Below, piece after piece: positions 1 to 13,053 of a stretch of 48,044 nt of DNA. The stretch comes from Sarea resinae (Eukaryota): positions 186,001 through 234,044 of the forward strand of contig JAPEUD010000035.1 in the NCBI GenBank assembly GCA_026026165.1, in the 5' to 3' direction. Numbering within the stretch: the first letter of the stretch is position 1; every line of letters starts with the position of its first letter. The notes under the pieces were generated by a model, which was not told the origin of the DNA, made no database searches, and saw only the letters and a program-made list of their open reading frames with translations. The position numbers and the translations under genes were made by a program.

Positions 1-182
1 GCGAGATAATCGTCTGGCTTGATGTCCGAGGTCAGCGTTAGCGCTTTCAGGTTCCGCGTCGTGTCCTCTGGAAAGGCCGGCAGCGTAAAGGACGGCAGCG
101 GGACCTGGGCTTGTTGGGGCAACAGCGGCGACGAGGGCGCTTGTTGCTTTTGTAACTGCTGTTGTTGGGCCGAGTCCGCCAT
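1..182 (-). CDS. 5' end of a gene truncated by the window edge; hypothetical protein (MADSAQQQQLQKQQAPSSPLLPQQAQVPLPSFTLPAFPEDTTRNLKALTLTSDIKPDDYL...)
   Basis: Open frame from ATG at 182 to the window edge. A CT-rich tract and possible 5'UTR intron acceptor lie just upstream. No family recognised. Confidence 0.6.
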   Translation of the reverse strand, partial: MADSAQQQQLQKQQAPSSPLLPQQAQVPLPSFTLPAFPEDTTRNLKALTLTSDIKPDDYL

Positions 183-424
183 TATGGAGCCACTGATCTG
201 TCTACCTTGGGTCCCAGAAGAGAAGAGAGAGAGATGTCAATGAAGAGCTAAGACGGCAGCGGAGTCGTAAAACATAATCGAAACTAAAGTGGTGATCGAG
301 GAGGGGCGGGGAGGGGAGATCTACGACTACTTATATACCACCATCAATTCTTGTTGACGTCCCTGCCGGCGTGCGGATCGCGATCGACGTGGCGTGGCGC
401 GGAACGACGGCGGCGGCCACGGCT

Positions 425-470
425 GCGATGCGATGCGATGCGATGCGATGCGATGCGATCCATGCGATGC
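425..470. repeat. (CGATG)n pentanucleotide microsatellite
   Basis: tgcgatgcgatgcgatgcgatg... seen directly. Confidence 0.9.
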
Positions 471-1106
471 GGGGGATGTGGGGTAGCTGGCCATTGTAGC
501 GAGGCGGATCCGCGTGCGGATTGTGGGGTAGTGTGTTCGCTACTTGATGAGGTGGGGTAGTGTAGGGGGGGATGTGTGAATGTATGGATTCCGTGCGAAC
601 AGGACGGTGTACGGAGTCAGTCAGGTAGATCGGCAAGCCACCGATACCAGGCAGGTGTCTAGCATCTTTGTGTGTACAGTATGCACGCATGTATGTATGG
701 ATCCATATCATCCGTAAGCCAGTCAGGCTTGAGATCCTGTGTACTCCGTAGGCAGACGATGCCCTGAGACCTGTGAAAACTTCAGACTCTCGATCAGTTA
801 CCATTCTCCGCTCGAGCTTCTTCGCGCCATCAATTCGCAATAATGACCGACTATTCTTTGGTACGGCTGTCGAGGACCATCTATTCATTCGCTCACAGAA
901 GAGTCTTGAGAATTTCTCAGGCGGCATCCAAGTCCTTTACCGCCATTCCACTCGGCCCAGCTGGAGGGACATTCTCTAAAATGCTCAGAGGGTCTGAAGA
1001 GGTGCCCAAATCACGACCAGCTCGTACTTCGTTTATACATCCGTCCATCTATCCAACGCCTAGCTATGTAATCGTATCCCTTATGCTATTATATCATATC
1101 AAAATC

Positions 1107-3014
1107 CTAAATCCGAATCGAATGCTTGATGCGCGCAAACTCCGTGACCACGGTGCCGTCGTGCAGAGTCGACTTTTTCTCCTCCAGCTCGTACCGGCCC
1201 AGCGCCGGCAAGACCTTGCGCCACAGCACCCAGTACAGCACGCCACACGTCAGCACGGCGATGCCGACGATCGGGTAGAGCCAGTACGGCAGCGACGTGT
1301 CGCCCTTGCCGCCGGGCGGCCGCAGGAACGGCGCCACCAGCAAAAAGGCCTGGCCGACCATGTAGAAGACGGCAATGGGCAGCCAGACCTTAAACGGCCG
1401 ATGAACGGCTGGCGCGTTCCAGCGCAGGATGAAGAGGCCCAGCACGACAAAGAAGTTGATGATCGAGCCCGGGTAGCCCTCGACGTCCAGGATGAAGTTG
1501 TACGCGTCGCCAAACGGGATCGCCACGATCACGATAAACGACGGGATGAAGTGCAGCAAGAGACCGGCCGACGGAGAGCCGAATGGCCATGCCGAGGCCC
1601 AGAAGCGCGGATACGGCAGCACGCCTTCCTTGGCCAGTTCCTGGTTGACCCGCGATTGGGCAAAGGTGATGGTCATGACATTCCCCAGGGAGGACAATGC
1701 TGCGAAGACGCTGGAGTCGGGATCATTAGCAGCTAAACTGAAACCCCACGAACATAGTCGGGCCATACCTCAGTACTCTCTCCGCCGTCGACCCAAAGAC
1801 CTTGCCCATAAAGTAGGCGGCGACAGTGACTCCACTATCAGCAATCTCCTGCGGAGTGGCAGCAGCGTAATATGACACATTGACGAGAATATACAGTAGA
1901 CCGCACGTCCCAAGCCCAAGAGGCCCGGCGATCTTCAGTGTTCGAACGGGTTTTTTCACCTCATTGAGCACGTAGGCGGCATTGGACCATCTGAACAGCA
2001 CAGCACCGCAGTCAGCACACACAAGAACAGTGGCCCCGGGACGACATGGCAAGCAACGTACCCGGCGTAAGAATTCAGGACCTTGAACAAGGCCGTCGCG
2101 TACGGATTACTCGACTTGGCCGAGCCGGCGAATGCATGCCGAAAGCTCGCATTCGGATCCGGGATCCGGTGGATTCTGCCGCTCAGCACGACCCAACCCG
2201 TCACGATGATGAAGACCAGAATGACGACTTTGATCATGCCGAGGATGTTCATGATCCGGACGCCGATGCGCGGAAGAAAGGTATGGACGAGCGTGACGGC
2301 GACTATCACGGCGATGGCGATGCCGCGCTTCTCCCATTCGCTTGCGGTGTGATGGGCCGCGAGCAGGATGTTTGATGCGAAGACGATGCACCCAGAGGCT
2401 GATTCATCAGCAAATCAGCGGATTCTTCCAGAGGACGTCACGTCGTCGCGAGGAGCAACACGTACCCGTGAAGCCCAGCAACACGGCCTGCACCGAAAAG
2501 ATGACAGTGGCCAGTAGCTTCGGCCGACGATATACCGCTTCCAGATAGACCTTCTCGCCGCCGCTCCGGGGGAACAGGCAGCCAAACTCGAGCCAGACGC
2601 ACAGCCCGGCCAGGGAGATGGCGAACCCAAGCACCCATAACAACAAGGCCGCCCCGACACTCCCCACGCTGTCGGTGACGGACGAGGGAGTCGAGAAGAT
2701 GCCGGTGCCGATGATGCGACCGATACTGTGGTATATGTTTAGTCTCCGCACCGTGACACCCGGCATAGCGTATGCAGCTCTCACATCAGGAAGGTCGTGG
2801 AATACAGCCCGAGATGTCGGCCCAGATCACCGGCGGTATCCTCATCCAGCGTCAACTCGCCAGGATGAAAGTATGCCTCTGCCCGGAGCACGTCCTGTGG
2901 GAAATCCGGGTTGGTCGACGCGGCAACCTGGCCGTCGTCGTCATCTTCGCGTCCGGAATGGTCCGTCCGGTCGGTCTGGGTGAAGACAGAACGATTCTTG
3001 AGCCAGGAAGACAT
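1107..3014 (-). CDS. MUP1: High-affinity methionine permease-like APC/LAT-family amino-acid transporter (~550 aa, 5 exons: 3014-2785, 2725-2466, 2398-2062, 1990-1769, 1710-1107)
   Basis: Motifs GRHLGLYSTTFL, GRIIGTGIFSTP, LEFGCLFPRSGGEKVYLE, YAGWSNAAYVLNEVKKP, QSRVNQELAKEGVLP and DAYNFILDVEGYP. Canonical GT-AG introns join in frame. Confidence 0.9.
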
Positions 3015-3056
3015 TTAATCTTAGCAGCGAGCGGGTAGGGGAACACGCTGCGCCAG

Positions 3057-3080
3057 GAGAGAGAGAGAGAGAGAGAGAGG
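3057..3080. repeat. (GA)n microsatellite in the permease 5' region
   Basis: gagagagaga run seen directly. Confidence 0.85.
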
Positions 3081-3428
3081 AAGAGAAGAAACATGATGAA
3101 GGAATGTAATGTATTTATTCGCGAGGGACCATGCAAGGTCGACGGCCTACTTTGGAGTACGACTGGGCCACGAGCGCAAGCACGCAAGACACGATGCTTG
3201 AACGTTGAACGCTGAGAAATCCAGTCGAGATGATCTCACCGAAGGTCGCAATCACGCAATGCCGCATCACCAGGCAGTACGCAGCAACACGACGGCAAGC
3301 CGCAGGGGGTCCGACGCAGAAGCAAGGCCAGCCGCCGATCTTGCCGGTGCCATGGGGATCCCCACGTCAGCAGGAACAAGTCTCGCCCTGATGTGACCGG
3401 ACCATGGGTCGTGGACGAACGAAGCATC

Positions 3429-3466
3429 AATCCATCGATCCATCGATCCATCGATCCATCGATCCA
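3429..3466. repeat. (ATCGATCC)n tandem repeat
   Basis: atccatcgatccatcgatccatcgatccatcgatcc. Confidence 0.85.
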
Positions 3467-3917
3467 AATACGGATGGAAGCTGAGTGGGGGTCGCGATAC
3501 TGCAGATACCACCATCACTACTACCACATGTACGTACAGAGTAAGTCGTGCGTCCGGTCGTGCTCTAATTGCCATCGCGACGCGACCGGCCGACCGACAA
3601 GCGACCGAGCGGACCCTTGGAAATCTGGCTACCGTACATACTGTACTCCGAGTAGATCAGGGACCATCTCGTGTATCTCGTGTATCAAATCAGTCCGCAT
3701 CGCGATACTATGTAAGGGACATTGCACTCGATCACAGAACTGGACGTATAGAGTATAATTACACTTGGACCGATAGACTATCCAATGGCAAGTATATTGA
3801 CTACCTTCAGAACACCTTCAGAACCTACTATGTAAGGTACACAAGCCATCTCAACGCCGTCCCGTCCCCGCCATACGCCTCTTTTCCCAACAGCTTCCCA
3901 CATCTTTCCCTCCGCGC

Positions 3918-4586
3918 CTAACCGCACAGATCCGTACTGGGCGGCGAACTGGCGCTCTCGCCGGACCCATACTCGACCTCGGGCCCCGGATCAGGATAGA
4001 CGACCTGCTGTCCCTCGACAGTCGTACAGTTGTTGATGCCGCCCAGATTCGCGACGAAGATCTCGGGCAAGGCATCGAACTCGTCCGCGCTGGCGTCCTC
4101 ACCGCCGATCACGTCCACCTGCGCACAGTTCATATAGTATTCCCTGTTGCCCTCGAGATTGACCCACGACCAGGCCAGCAGCGCTGTTCCGCTGGGCGCG
4201 TACGTCGGCACCGTGAAATCGTACGTCGTGACGAGTGGACACCCGCCGATCATGCTGTGGATGACCTTGAAGGTCGACGCATCATCGTATGAGAGGGAGA
4301 GCTGGCAGGAGCCACCGCCGTGCGTGGCGCTGCCTGCCAGCGTCATGTTGTAGACGTCCCCGGCCGTGTACGTGGCCGTCGTGTGTTTGGTGGCGTCGTT
4401 CTGGTAGCCTTTGCAGGGGAAGTTGGAGCCGTCGCTGTTCAGGGGCGAGGTCATGCTGTAGTCTATGTCTGTGTAGTTGTTCTGTGGATCGAAGGATGAC
4501 CTTATGGGGTATGGCCAGGACATTTGCATGTGCGCGAGGCTCGAGGTGGTGAGGGCGAGCGTGGTGAAGAGGATAGACGACCTCAT
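3918..4586 (-). CDS. Secreted AA11-family lytic polysaccharide monooxygenase (222 aa, single exon)
   Basis: An 18-aa signal peptide is followed directly by His (HMQM; codon 4532-4530). AA11-type motifs [38 protein letters not shown] and [19 protein letters not shown] are present. Confidence 0.88.
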   Translation of the reverse strand: MRSSILFTTLALTTSSLAHMQMSWPYPIRSSFDPQNNYTDIDYSMTSPLNSDGSNFPCKGYQNDATKHTTATYTAGDVYNMTLAGSATHGGGSCQLSLSYDDASTFKVIHSMIGGCPLVTTYDFTVPTYAPSGTALLAWSWVNLEGNREYYMNCAQVDVIGGEDASADEFDALPEIFVANLGGINNCTTVEGQQVVYPDPGPEVEYGSGESASSPPSTDLCG

Positions 4587-6095
4587 TGTGTTGATAAAGA
4601 GTATGCTTGCTGGAGAGGGGTTTCGGTTGAAGCTGTAGGTGGATATGTGAGTAATCGTTGGTGATCAGAAGAGCTGTGTCTGTGAGGGTCAGGATGAAGT
4701 TTATATCATTTTTGTCTCTGCGTGTTATTAGCCGTGTGCTAATTAGAAGGGATGCTGCTCCAATCTCGAAATCACAGTGGTCAATTCTCAAACGCGAGTG
4801 ATACGGTAACGTTGTTCGCGCGGATTGTGTCTGGGCAGTGGAATTCCTCTGGAGCCAAGTCTCTTTGAAGCGGCAAGAGCAAAATTGGTGTTGCAGCATA
4901 GCAGGGTAGGTCTGGCCCTGCGCAGTCGGCATCAATCCTACCACGTGCACTCTGAAGCCGTTTGAACTCCCTCGATATTTACTATATTGACCATCCTGCT
5001 CAACGCCTAGATTTCTGATTTTAGTCGAGACACATTCTGTGCCGACTCAAGATCGCATGCCTGTCGAGGGGCACACCGGCGTCAAGGTCTAGATCTTGGC
5101 TCCTCGGCGCGTGGCTATCACATCCCCGGATAGATAGACCTTCACATCTGGCCAGCGCAAGGGCCAGCTAGGGTATCGCTAGGCTTTCGATAACGATTAG
5201 GTCTTTGGGAAGGTGACATGACGAAGACGAAGACCGACGGCAGTGTAGCGTTGTGAACGATTGCACTTCCAACTCTCAACGGCCAAAACCACGAGCGCAC
5301 GCATGGACATTGCTTCAGGCAACAATCTGAAGCATGGGCGGATGTTCGCGATGAAACAGAAGGGAAAGTGTCGTGTCATTCGATACATGACAGAGACCCT
5401 TGTACGGCGTAGCGCCGCGATTCAGGTCGGTGCTTGAACATGCACGGCCGCCCTTGTTACCCCAGCTCCGAAGGGTAAGGTACCTAAACCATATTCATAG
5501 ACCCGTGCGATCTGAACGTGAGCCTTGATCAGTCGCAATTCCGACCACTCCCCATATAAGAATGAAAGACCTCCATCTGCGCTTACGAAGCCTTTGATTA
5601 CTGCAGACTCTTGAACAGGAGGAGATATTCGAAGAATTAATGGCAATGCATGATGATGAATGGTACAATGAAACGAGGGGTAATTACATGGGAACGCTAG
5701 AGAGCTCTTCTTTTGCGACTAGAACAACGGGCTTATCTCATTTGAAAGGGTCTGCGCTGACAGATGAGCATAGCAGATGTTGGTATTCTTATTGGAACGA
5801 CACGGGATAATAATGAATTGTGGGTGTAACGTCTTGGTATGTATGGGTCGTGGACGAGGTGACATCTGGACCATGCTCGCCAAAGGATGCAACATCAAAC
5901 TATAGATCGGCTGTTTTGTCGTTGAGTTGGACACGAAGAATCACTAAATGAGCATCTGAGGGTGAAGGCGGAGGAAAGAAGCAATCATGAATTAAGATTG
6001 CTCGAATACACGAAGTACTGTATTCTGGATGAAGCTATTGTAGCAATCGTTCTACGAATCGCTATGAGATGCCAAGAACGTGACGAGAAAGCCCC

Positions 6096-8804
6096 TCACT
6101 CCCATTCGATGACAGCAGTGACGTGCGAATACTCGCTGGCCATAGCAGCAGGATCGCCTCCCGTGGGTGCAGTCCAGCTCAAGAGCATTTTCTTCCCACC
6201 ATTGATTATATCGTCCACTCCGAAATATCCTTGATGAACACCCCCAGCGTAGATGAATCTGCCAGTCGGCCCAGGCTCCGCCTCGTAGAGGACTTGCTCC
6301 TCGGACCAGCTGTACTTGACTAGATTCTCGACATAGTCGGATGACGGATCGCCACCGGGGGCGCTTGGGGGTAGAATCGCCGATTCCGCTTGAAGATATC
6401 GAAAGTAAAATGTGTTGTCAGCATTGCAGTTGAGATAGACAAAGATGAACGTGAGATGTGCAGGCGAATAAAAGATATCTCCGTCCATGAAGGAGCCGGC
6501 AACGAAGAAAGCCTCGGATGACGAAGTCTGCATTCCATTGGTCCAGTCCAATCCGTCCCAGTATTCATACTGTAGAAAGATTAGATACATATCGGGGAAC
6601 GGTGCCAATACTCACCGAGTCATGATCGGTAACTTTATCTGCATCCACCCTTGCCAGCAACATGCCTTTATCATCAATATTGCCGAACACGTAAACTCTG
6701 CCGTCATTACCCCCAACTCCTGACGGACCGTAGCTTCGTATGCCTCCAATCGAGCCCCAAGCCACTTCGTTTTCTTCGAACAACCTCTGCACAACGCGGT
6801 TCGCGACCGGACCGCCTTCACTGGGGACAGTGACTGACAAAAGAGTCATCCCGGTGTAAATGAAGACTGCTTGCTTTGTGGATTCGGTGACGTTATCGAA
6901 GATAATCGAAGCAAAGAGAAGGCCGTTGGTCGAATTAAAAGGAACGAGAGAGGACTCCGGCCATACGGCATAACGTTGGCCCTGACCTTGCATGACCAGA
7001 TTATAGTTCTCCTCTCCTGTGGTCATTGGAGAAAAGCCGCGCTGGCGTCCGAACTCATCAGCCCATTGTCCAATTCCGTCCACGAGAGTCAATGCCTGGC
7101 CAGAGGCAGCATTCATTCCGTCATCAACAGTCGCTGAACTTGAGACGAATCCGAGGAAGTTGCCGGGTGCATCTTCAGACGGAGGGGTGTAAGAGCCAGT
7201 GTCGCAGAAGATAAACAGCCTTTCTCCATTCAAATAACCGCCTTTGCCGCCATCCCGGGAGAGATGAGGGGTTCCGGTCAGATCCGAGAGGAGCGACTCG
7301 GTGGATTTATCCAACATGAGAACACCCGTGTCTGGACAGAGGCTATAATTCGTTGACAGGGCACCATTGATCTCGTCCACTAGCAAAGTCAGAGGTAATT
7401 TCGGTTCCGGAGGAAGACTTAAGTTGATGTACCGATTTGTCGGGCTGTTGGAACTGATACCGTTCAGATTGGTCCCGGCCAAGGCGGGAGCGATGATAGA
7501 GGGACCAGAGCCGTAATTGATCGTGGAGGATGAAAGCGCCGAGGCTTGGACGACCGAAGTCGTCGATGACGATGACGATTTGAGGCTTTGTATGCTGTAA
7601 GGCTCAGTCAAAGAAGAGATTGCCGAAGAGAGTGAGGAAGCCAATGCGGATGTGACAGTCGATGACGAACTAAGGACTGTAAGAGATGACAAGGTAGTCT
7701 CCGCTTGACTACTAGAGGAAGCCGGAGAGAGCACGGAGACGGGTAACAAGGTAGTGACCGAAAAGGTAGATGAAATGGAAGAGGATTGTGAAATGGAGAC
7801 TATCAACGATGAAGTCGAGGTTGAAGTCATAGAAGGCAGTGCGCCATATGACTCTAAATTGGAAGTCATCAAGGTGTTCACTGAGCTTACCGTTGAGGAA
7901 CCAGATCCATAGCTGTCACTTGCAGAGTTATCTGTAGTGCTTTTCGAGGAGGTAGTAACGGGGGAATTAGAGGAGCCGACAGCTGCAGGAATGGACGACA
8001 CGGCTTGAGCAAAAACGTCAGTCTAATCTGCTCCGAACCTTTCCGCAGGAGACAGCTCACAAAATGGTTCAACTGTAGTAAACACCGTGAAGGTCATTGT
8101 AAGATACACAGTAACAGTACTTGATTCATCAAGAGAATCAGCGCCCATACCAGATATTGCACTATCTATAAAAAGGAGACATCAGTTGAATATTCGGATT
8201 AGAAAATGATACCGTAAACCTTACCTCCTTCGCTCGTGGATAATGTGATCTTTGCCGCCGCCAAAGAGGATACGGCTGCAGAAATAGATTTGCTCTCCGC
8301 CGCAGGCTCCGTGGTAGACGTCGATGCTTGAATGGCTGTGCTAGTGCCGTAAGGGCTATAATGGTGAGGATGATATCGATACCAGTGGTTTTTAGGCCTG
8401 AATGGATGAGCAGGCTTTGTCGATGGCCCGACTGGGAAAAATCGAAGGTCAACTCGAGCTTCTGTGACACTGAGTGAGGCGCTTTGGGGGGATTTGGGAT
8501 CGTGTGCTGCCGACGGAGAAAATCCAGTGTCACTTGTCTGACCGAACATAAGGGCCGAGAGTTGATGAGTTTCCAGGTCACGGTCGTGCGTGGGATAGAG
8601 GCTCTGGTCATTGTCCGATCCATTGGGGAAGGTAGAGCCGGGGATGATATTATGAACGTGCCTTCCAGAAGCAGTTGAGATATTGTGCTTTTGTCCACGA
8701 TGTTTGTGATGATGCTTGTGAGGCGAAGCCATCGTCAAGGTGACGAACGCCAGAAGAACGAGTGTGGCCGACATCAAGCCGGAAAAAGAGAGACGTAAGT
8801 TCAT
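6096..8804 (-). CDS. Large secreted protein (~848 aa; exons 8804-8225, 8165-8061, 8003-6616, 6569-6096): signal peptide, His-rich N-terminus, long Ser/Thr-rich stalk and a C-terminal globular domain resembling DUF4185
   Basis: Hydrophobic leader followed by SPHKHHHKH. Four exons join in frame through GT-AG introns. The C-terminal domain carries LSRDGG..GYLNGERLFIFCDT, GRVYVFG...LLARV and YEYWDG, resembling fungal DUF4185-type proteins (inferred). Confidence 0.75.
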
Positions 8805-9986
8805 TCTAGGATCACGACCAGGTCAGTGAGCCGCCCAGAGAGGCATTCCTCTTGATGCCAACTCAGCCGCCAGATCGTCAGAACTCACGCGTGAGGCTTG
8901 AATAGCGCAATGGCTAATAAGCTGTGATAAGCACCTGAGCTAAGCAGGAGCTAAATGAGTGTGGCGATAGAGAAGAGAAACAGGTTAACGAGCGTGGGAG
9001 TGTAAAGATCGTGAGGTGTCGTTCGCGGATCGTCGTATGTATGGAGCGTGTGGGTGTTTGGGTAAGAACGAAGGGGGAAGGATGGAGATGAGTGGGTGAG
9101 TTGATGGGCTGGTGGGTTGGTCTTCGTGACCGCGTAGTTGGTAAGGTAAGGTATGCCACAAAAGCTCGATAGACATCCATAGCCAATGATTTGATGAATT
9201 GGACACCAGATCACGCTGATTCAACGAGGGCCAATCCAGCTAACAACAGCAGCCGAACATCAAACAAGTTCCTGCAATCGCCCGCCTCTGTCCAAAGCAT
9301 CCTCTCCGCTTCCGTCAATCCTGTCAAGAGGTAGCATTGAACCTCTTTCTTATAAGAGTCCGGTATATGCATATCGCTTTAGTGGAACTTTGGTGAAATG
9401 GTATTAGCATGCCTGCCATATATGTCACGAATGGTTCGTCTTTGATAGCAAGTCAATTCTTCACAAGGTCATTTTGGACTTATAATACCCCCAGAGCTTG
9501 TGTTGATAGATGCCTCCTGAGAGCAGTCGAGCCAAAGTCCCTGAATAACCCTTGCACTCTCGGGGAAGGTTCTTCCAGCAAGACTTCAGGTCATGAGCAT
9601 TAGTCGATCATCACTCGCATGCCTCTCAAACAACGCAAGCATGGGAATAGAAGATAGGTCTGACACGCCGTTCCACGATGTGATACGTCTAAGAACGTGC
9701 TTTTCAATACGCTGCAATGCTGACCGCGCAAGTAATGAGCTCGCTACGACGGCCGCAGACAAGCTGCGACTTTGCTAGGTCATGATCCTTCGATCGTGAA
9801 AGAATTCTCCATAGCAAGGCAACGCACAGTTGTCCCCACTACTGGTGATACAAACGAAACAGCCCAACATTTTTGTAATGAACCATTACCCCAGATACCG
9901 ATACCTTCCGGAACTCCGGCCTTGAACGCCTCTTGTCTCTTGTACTTGTTCGAGCGAGTATGGTTCATGGGTCGAGAATGCTAGAC

Positions 9987-11028
9987 CTATTCGGCTCTCT
10001 TCGCTTGCTCCCTGAGATGAGGAGCTGTGGTATTCTCTCGTTCAATATCAGCAGCCCATAGCGCCGCTCCGACAGTATTCGTGAAGGAGAAGAAGATTGA
10101 AGCAATTGGGATGAGCTCGAGAAGCACCGCTACGATCCCAAAGCTGAGCAAACAAGAAACGCAAGTCAGGTTTCCTTTTCTCATATTCGCAATTTTCGAT
10201 GTGACGTCAACGTACCTGGTATAAGCAGCTTGGCGTTGTTCAATGAACTGGCTTCTCTCGGACTTGGAATATTGTTTCAGCTGAAAGTAGCGGGAATGGG
10301 CATTCGGTCCCGCGCGTTTGCCTGAAATTGTGGTCAGAGATGTACTGAAAGTGCTGGAACTAGGATATACCTTGAAGAGTCAAGAAGATGACGGTTCCCA
10401 CGACGGGGATAAAGTTCAAAGGCAAGTACATCAAGTATCTGATAAGTCCCTTGGGTGTGAACTTTTCCAACGGTTGCTTGAATGTTTTACCGAGCCTCGC
10501 TATGGGATTGCCACCGGGTTTGATTTGGCGGCCTTCGGAAACGACCGTTGTCATGTTTTTCGAGACCATAACCTGAATTGTCAGCACCAGCGGGAAGAAT
10601 AGACACCGAGACCATACCCCATCGAATGTATCGACCAGTGCATCTTGAATGAGAAATGACTTGCTCAACATGGTGAAAAGGGTAGAGCTTTCATTCAAAA
10701 CCAAAAGTATTGTCGTGATGGCGGCGAATGGGCCATTGACAAGGGATAAGACGGCCGCTTGAGGGATGTATGTCGCCACGAACATGAACGCGGTGACACT
10801 GACACCTAGGCCGACGGACGGGGCCAATTTGGATACTAGAGGCTGCCATAGGCTACGGTGAGAGATGAAATATGCGATGCCCTGCGACCGTCAGAAGAAT
10901 TCTCAACAGAATGTCTGGCCACAGACCTTCAGAGGATAGAGGTATGCGCCTGAACGGGCTGCATCGGTGGCCAAGAGCTTGACCCGCTGGGCTTCCTCCG
11001 ACACGGTTTCTTTGACCTTTTCGGACAT
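9987..11028 (-). CDS. EI24-domain / RRT8-LDS-family membrane protein (~276 aa; exons 11028-10927, 10881-10618, 10572-10371, 10321-10216, 10143-9987)
   Basis: Motifs AYLYPLKGIAYF, LIQDALVDTFD, YLPLNFIPVVG, HSRYFQLK and FTNTVGAALWAADIE. Introns splice in frame. Confidence 0.85.
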
Positions 11029-11671
11029 CTTTTCGTTAATCTGGAAGGGAATGAATATGAAGGAGTACGCCACTGAAAGGTGGCTAAGATTTCAGGTCGC
11101 GAAGGTGATTGAATCCCTATGACATTGCGGATCAACAAGCGAAGTTGGCAGCACGCGCGCTACGTCATTACACATAAACACGATACTGAGATTAGCGAAA
11201 TCTTGAGATCTAACCTTGGAAATGTGTTCGACAAGCTTCGAGACAGGCGCTTGGCAAAGCATATTTATGTTATCAGGAACATTTAGTGTGTTCAGGGTGA
11301 CAGAATATGTGAACGGATTTATTGTTGTATTTATACTCTATAATTGATTATATTTGCTTTCCGCATCTTTCATTTTCCACATTCAAGGTTCCATCGTTTA
11401 TTCGACAGCCTTGTATAAGAACTCAAGTCAAGTAGTCTAAGAGCTACAAGTCGGTATTCACGATATAGAAAGATAGCGATTGTAGGTTGTAGATTGTATA
11501 TTCATCGATCCCATTCGTCGCGCCGATCGTTCTCATGTGATGTTACGTGATTGCCTGACCGCTTGCCGCTTGCTTTTGTACGCTTCCTGTTGCTTAAAAT
11601 ACTGACACAAAATCTGCTTCCTGTACACGGTGATATCCCAAGGCATTGAACGCTACTGGATAAAAAAGATT

Positions 11672-13053
11672 TCAGTACCGCCGGCCTCTTCCATCGGGGT
11701 AACTTGAACCTTGCCCATCAGGGTAGGCTTGAAATTGCCCTTCAGAATATCCCTGTCCTTCAGGGTATCCCTGAACTCGTCCATCAGGGTAGGCTTGGCC
11801 TCGTCCGTCCGGATAGCCCTGGCCTCGTCCAGCACTATAGCCGCCTTGGCTCCGTCCAGTAGGGTAGCCCGAGTGGCTTGTATGAGTGCCGTGTTGACTA
11901 TTCGGCCTACTACCTTTTGCGGACGATCTTTGGGAGCGAGAACGATCCCGCCGCCCATTTTCGATGGAGCTCCGTGACGGTGAAACCTTTCCATGACCAT
12001 CCGTAACATAATCGGGCTCGGCAGCAGAGACACTCGGCCGCTCGATGCTTTCATCGGGATTGAAGACCTGAGCCTCCTTGTCGTCCAGGTCTTGGCCCGG
12101 GTTCGCCGTCTCATATTCGACCATTTTGCAGAACTTATAGAACCCGGACGCAAGAAGGGCCCCAAGTATTGGGCCTACCCAATAAATCCAATGATAGCCA
12201 GGAAAGTTGCGATCGATGACCGCGGGACCAAAAGATCGAGTTGGGTTGAGAGACCCGCCCGTGAAATAAACACCTACGAAAGTCATCAGCTTGCAATTTG
12301 AGGCGAATGTTTGAAAACCTGAATACCTACCGGACAGCTCCGCAATGAAAAGCGAGAGACCAATTCCCATGGGGGCAAGAAAAGTGCTCTTGTGCTTCTC
12401 GGCTGCCAACATGAAGATGGTGAAAACAAGCTCAGCAGTCAGGAACATTTCAATAAAGAGACCTTGCACGACTGATGTGCTGCCTCCTAGAGTCGTCTGA
12501 ACGGCGAGTGGCCCAGGGAAAAGGCAGGAAACGACTCCGGCAGATGCAATTCCGCCGATGATCTGAGCGATGAAAACCCATAAACTTCTCCAGTATGGGA
12601 CTGCCCCGATCAGGGCCATACCTAGAGTAACCTGCACAAGTATTAGAAACCAGGGCAAGACTGCGTCTGATGTCCACTTACAGCCGGATTGAACATTCCG
12701 CCACTGATCCTGAAAAAGACCCAAACGTTGACGAGCAGTGAGAATCCGAAAGACACACTGACATAGAACAAAATCAGGGGATTGGGGACTTTCGAACTGT
12801 TGTTCGAGCTGTTAGGCTCTCCGTTGAAAGCCACCTGCGTACCAGAGAAGGCGAAGAAAAGAAATAGGAAGGTCCCAACGAACTCCCCCATCATGGCGAT
12901 CAGGTGGTTTCGCCAAGAGTCCGGCATCCAGTCAAGGAAGGGAACTCGATTCTGTGGCGGCTCCTCTTTCGACCTCGGACGTTCATTTCCTTTTTCGCTC
13001 TTGTAGAAGGGGATGGCGAATCCGCGAGGCAGAGAATTCTCGAGGTTGTCCAT
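11672..13053 (-). CDS. Aquaporin (MIP family, ~424 aa; exons 13053-12682, 12631-12331, 12273-11672) with a repetitive C-terminal tail
   Basis: GEFVGTFLFLFF, ISGGMFNPAVT, GLFIEMFLTAELVF and TGGSLNPTRSFGP..HWIYWVGP. Confidence 0.93.

Noticed and set aside
331..927. 198-aa minus-strand ORF
   Set aside because: Runs through the (CGATG)n microsatellite and promoter-like sequence, with non-protein-like composition.
843..1736. 297-aa plus-strand ORF
   Set aside because: Antisense shadow of the GC3-rich methionine permease last exon; no recognisable protein features.
4282..4950. 222-aa minus-strand ORF overlapping the LPMO
   Set aside because: Alternative frame of the AA11 gene plus its promoter; no motifs.
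5100..5950. Short ORFs between the LPMO and the secreted protein
   Set aside because: Could not be joined into a credible spliced gene or matched to any family by eye.
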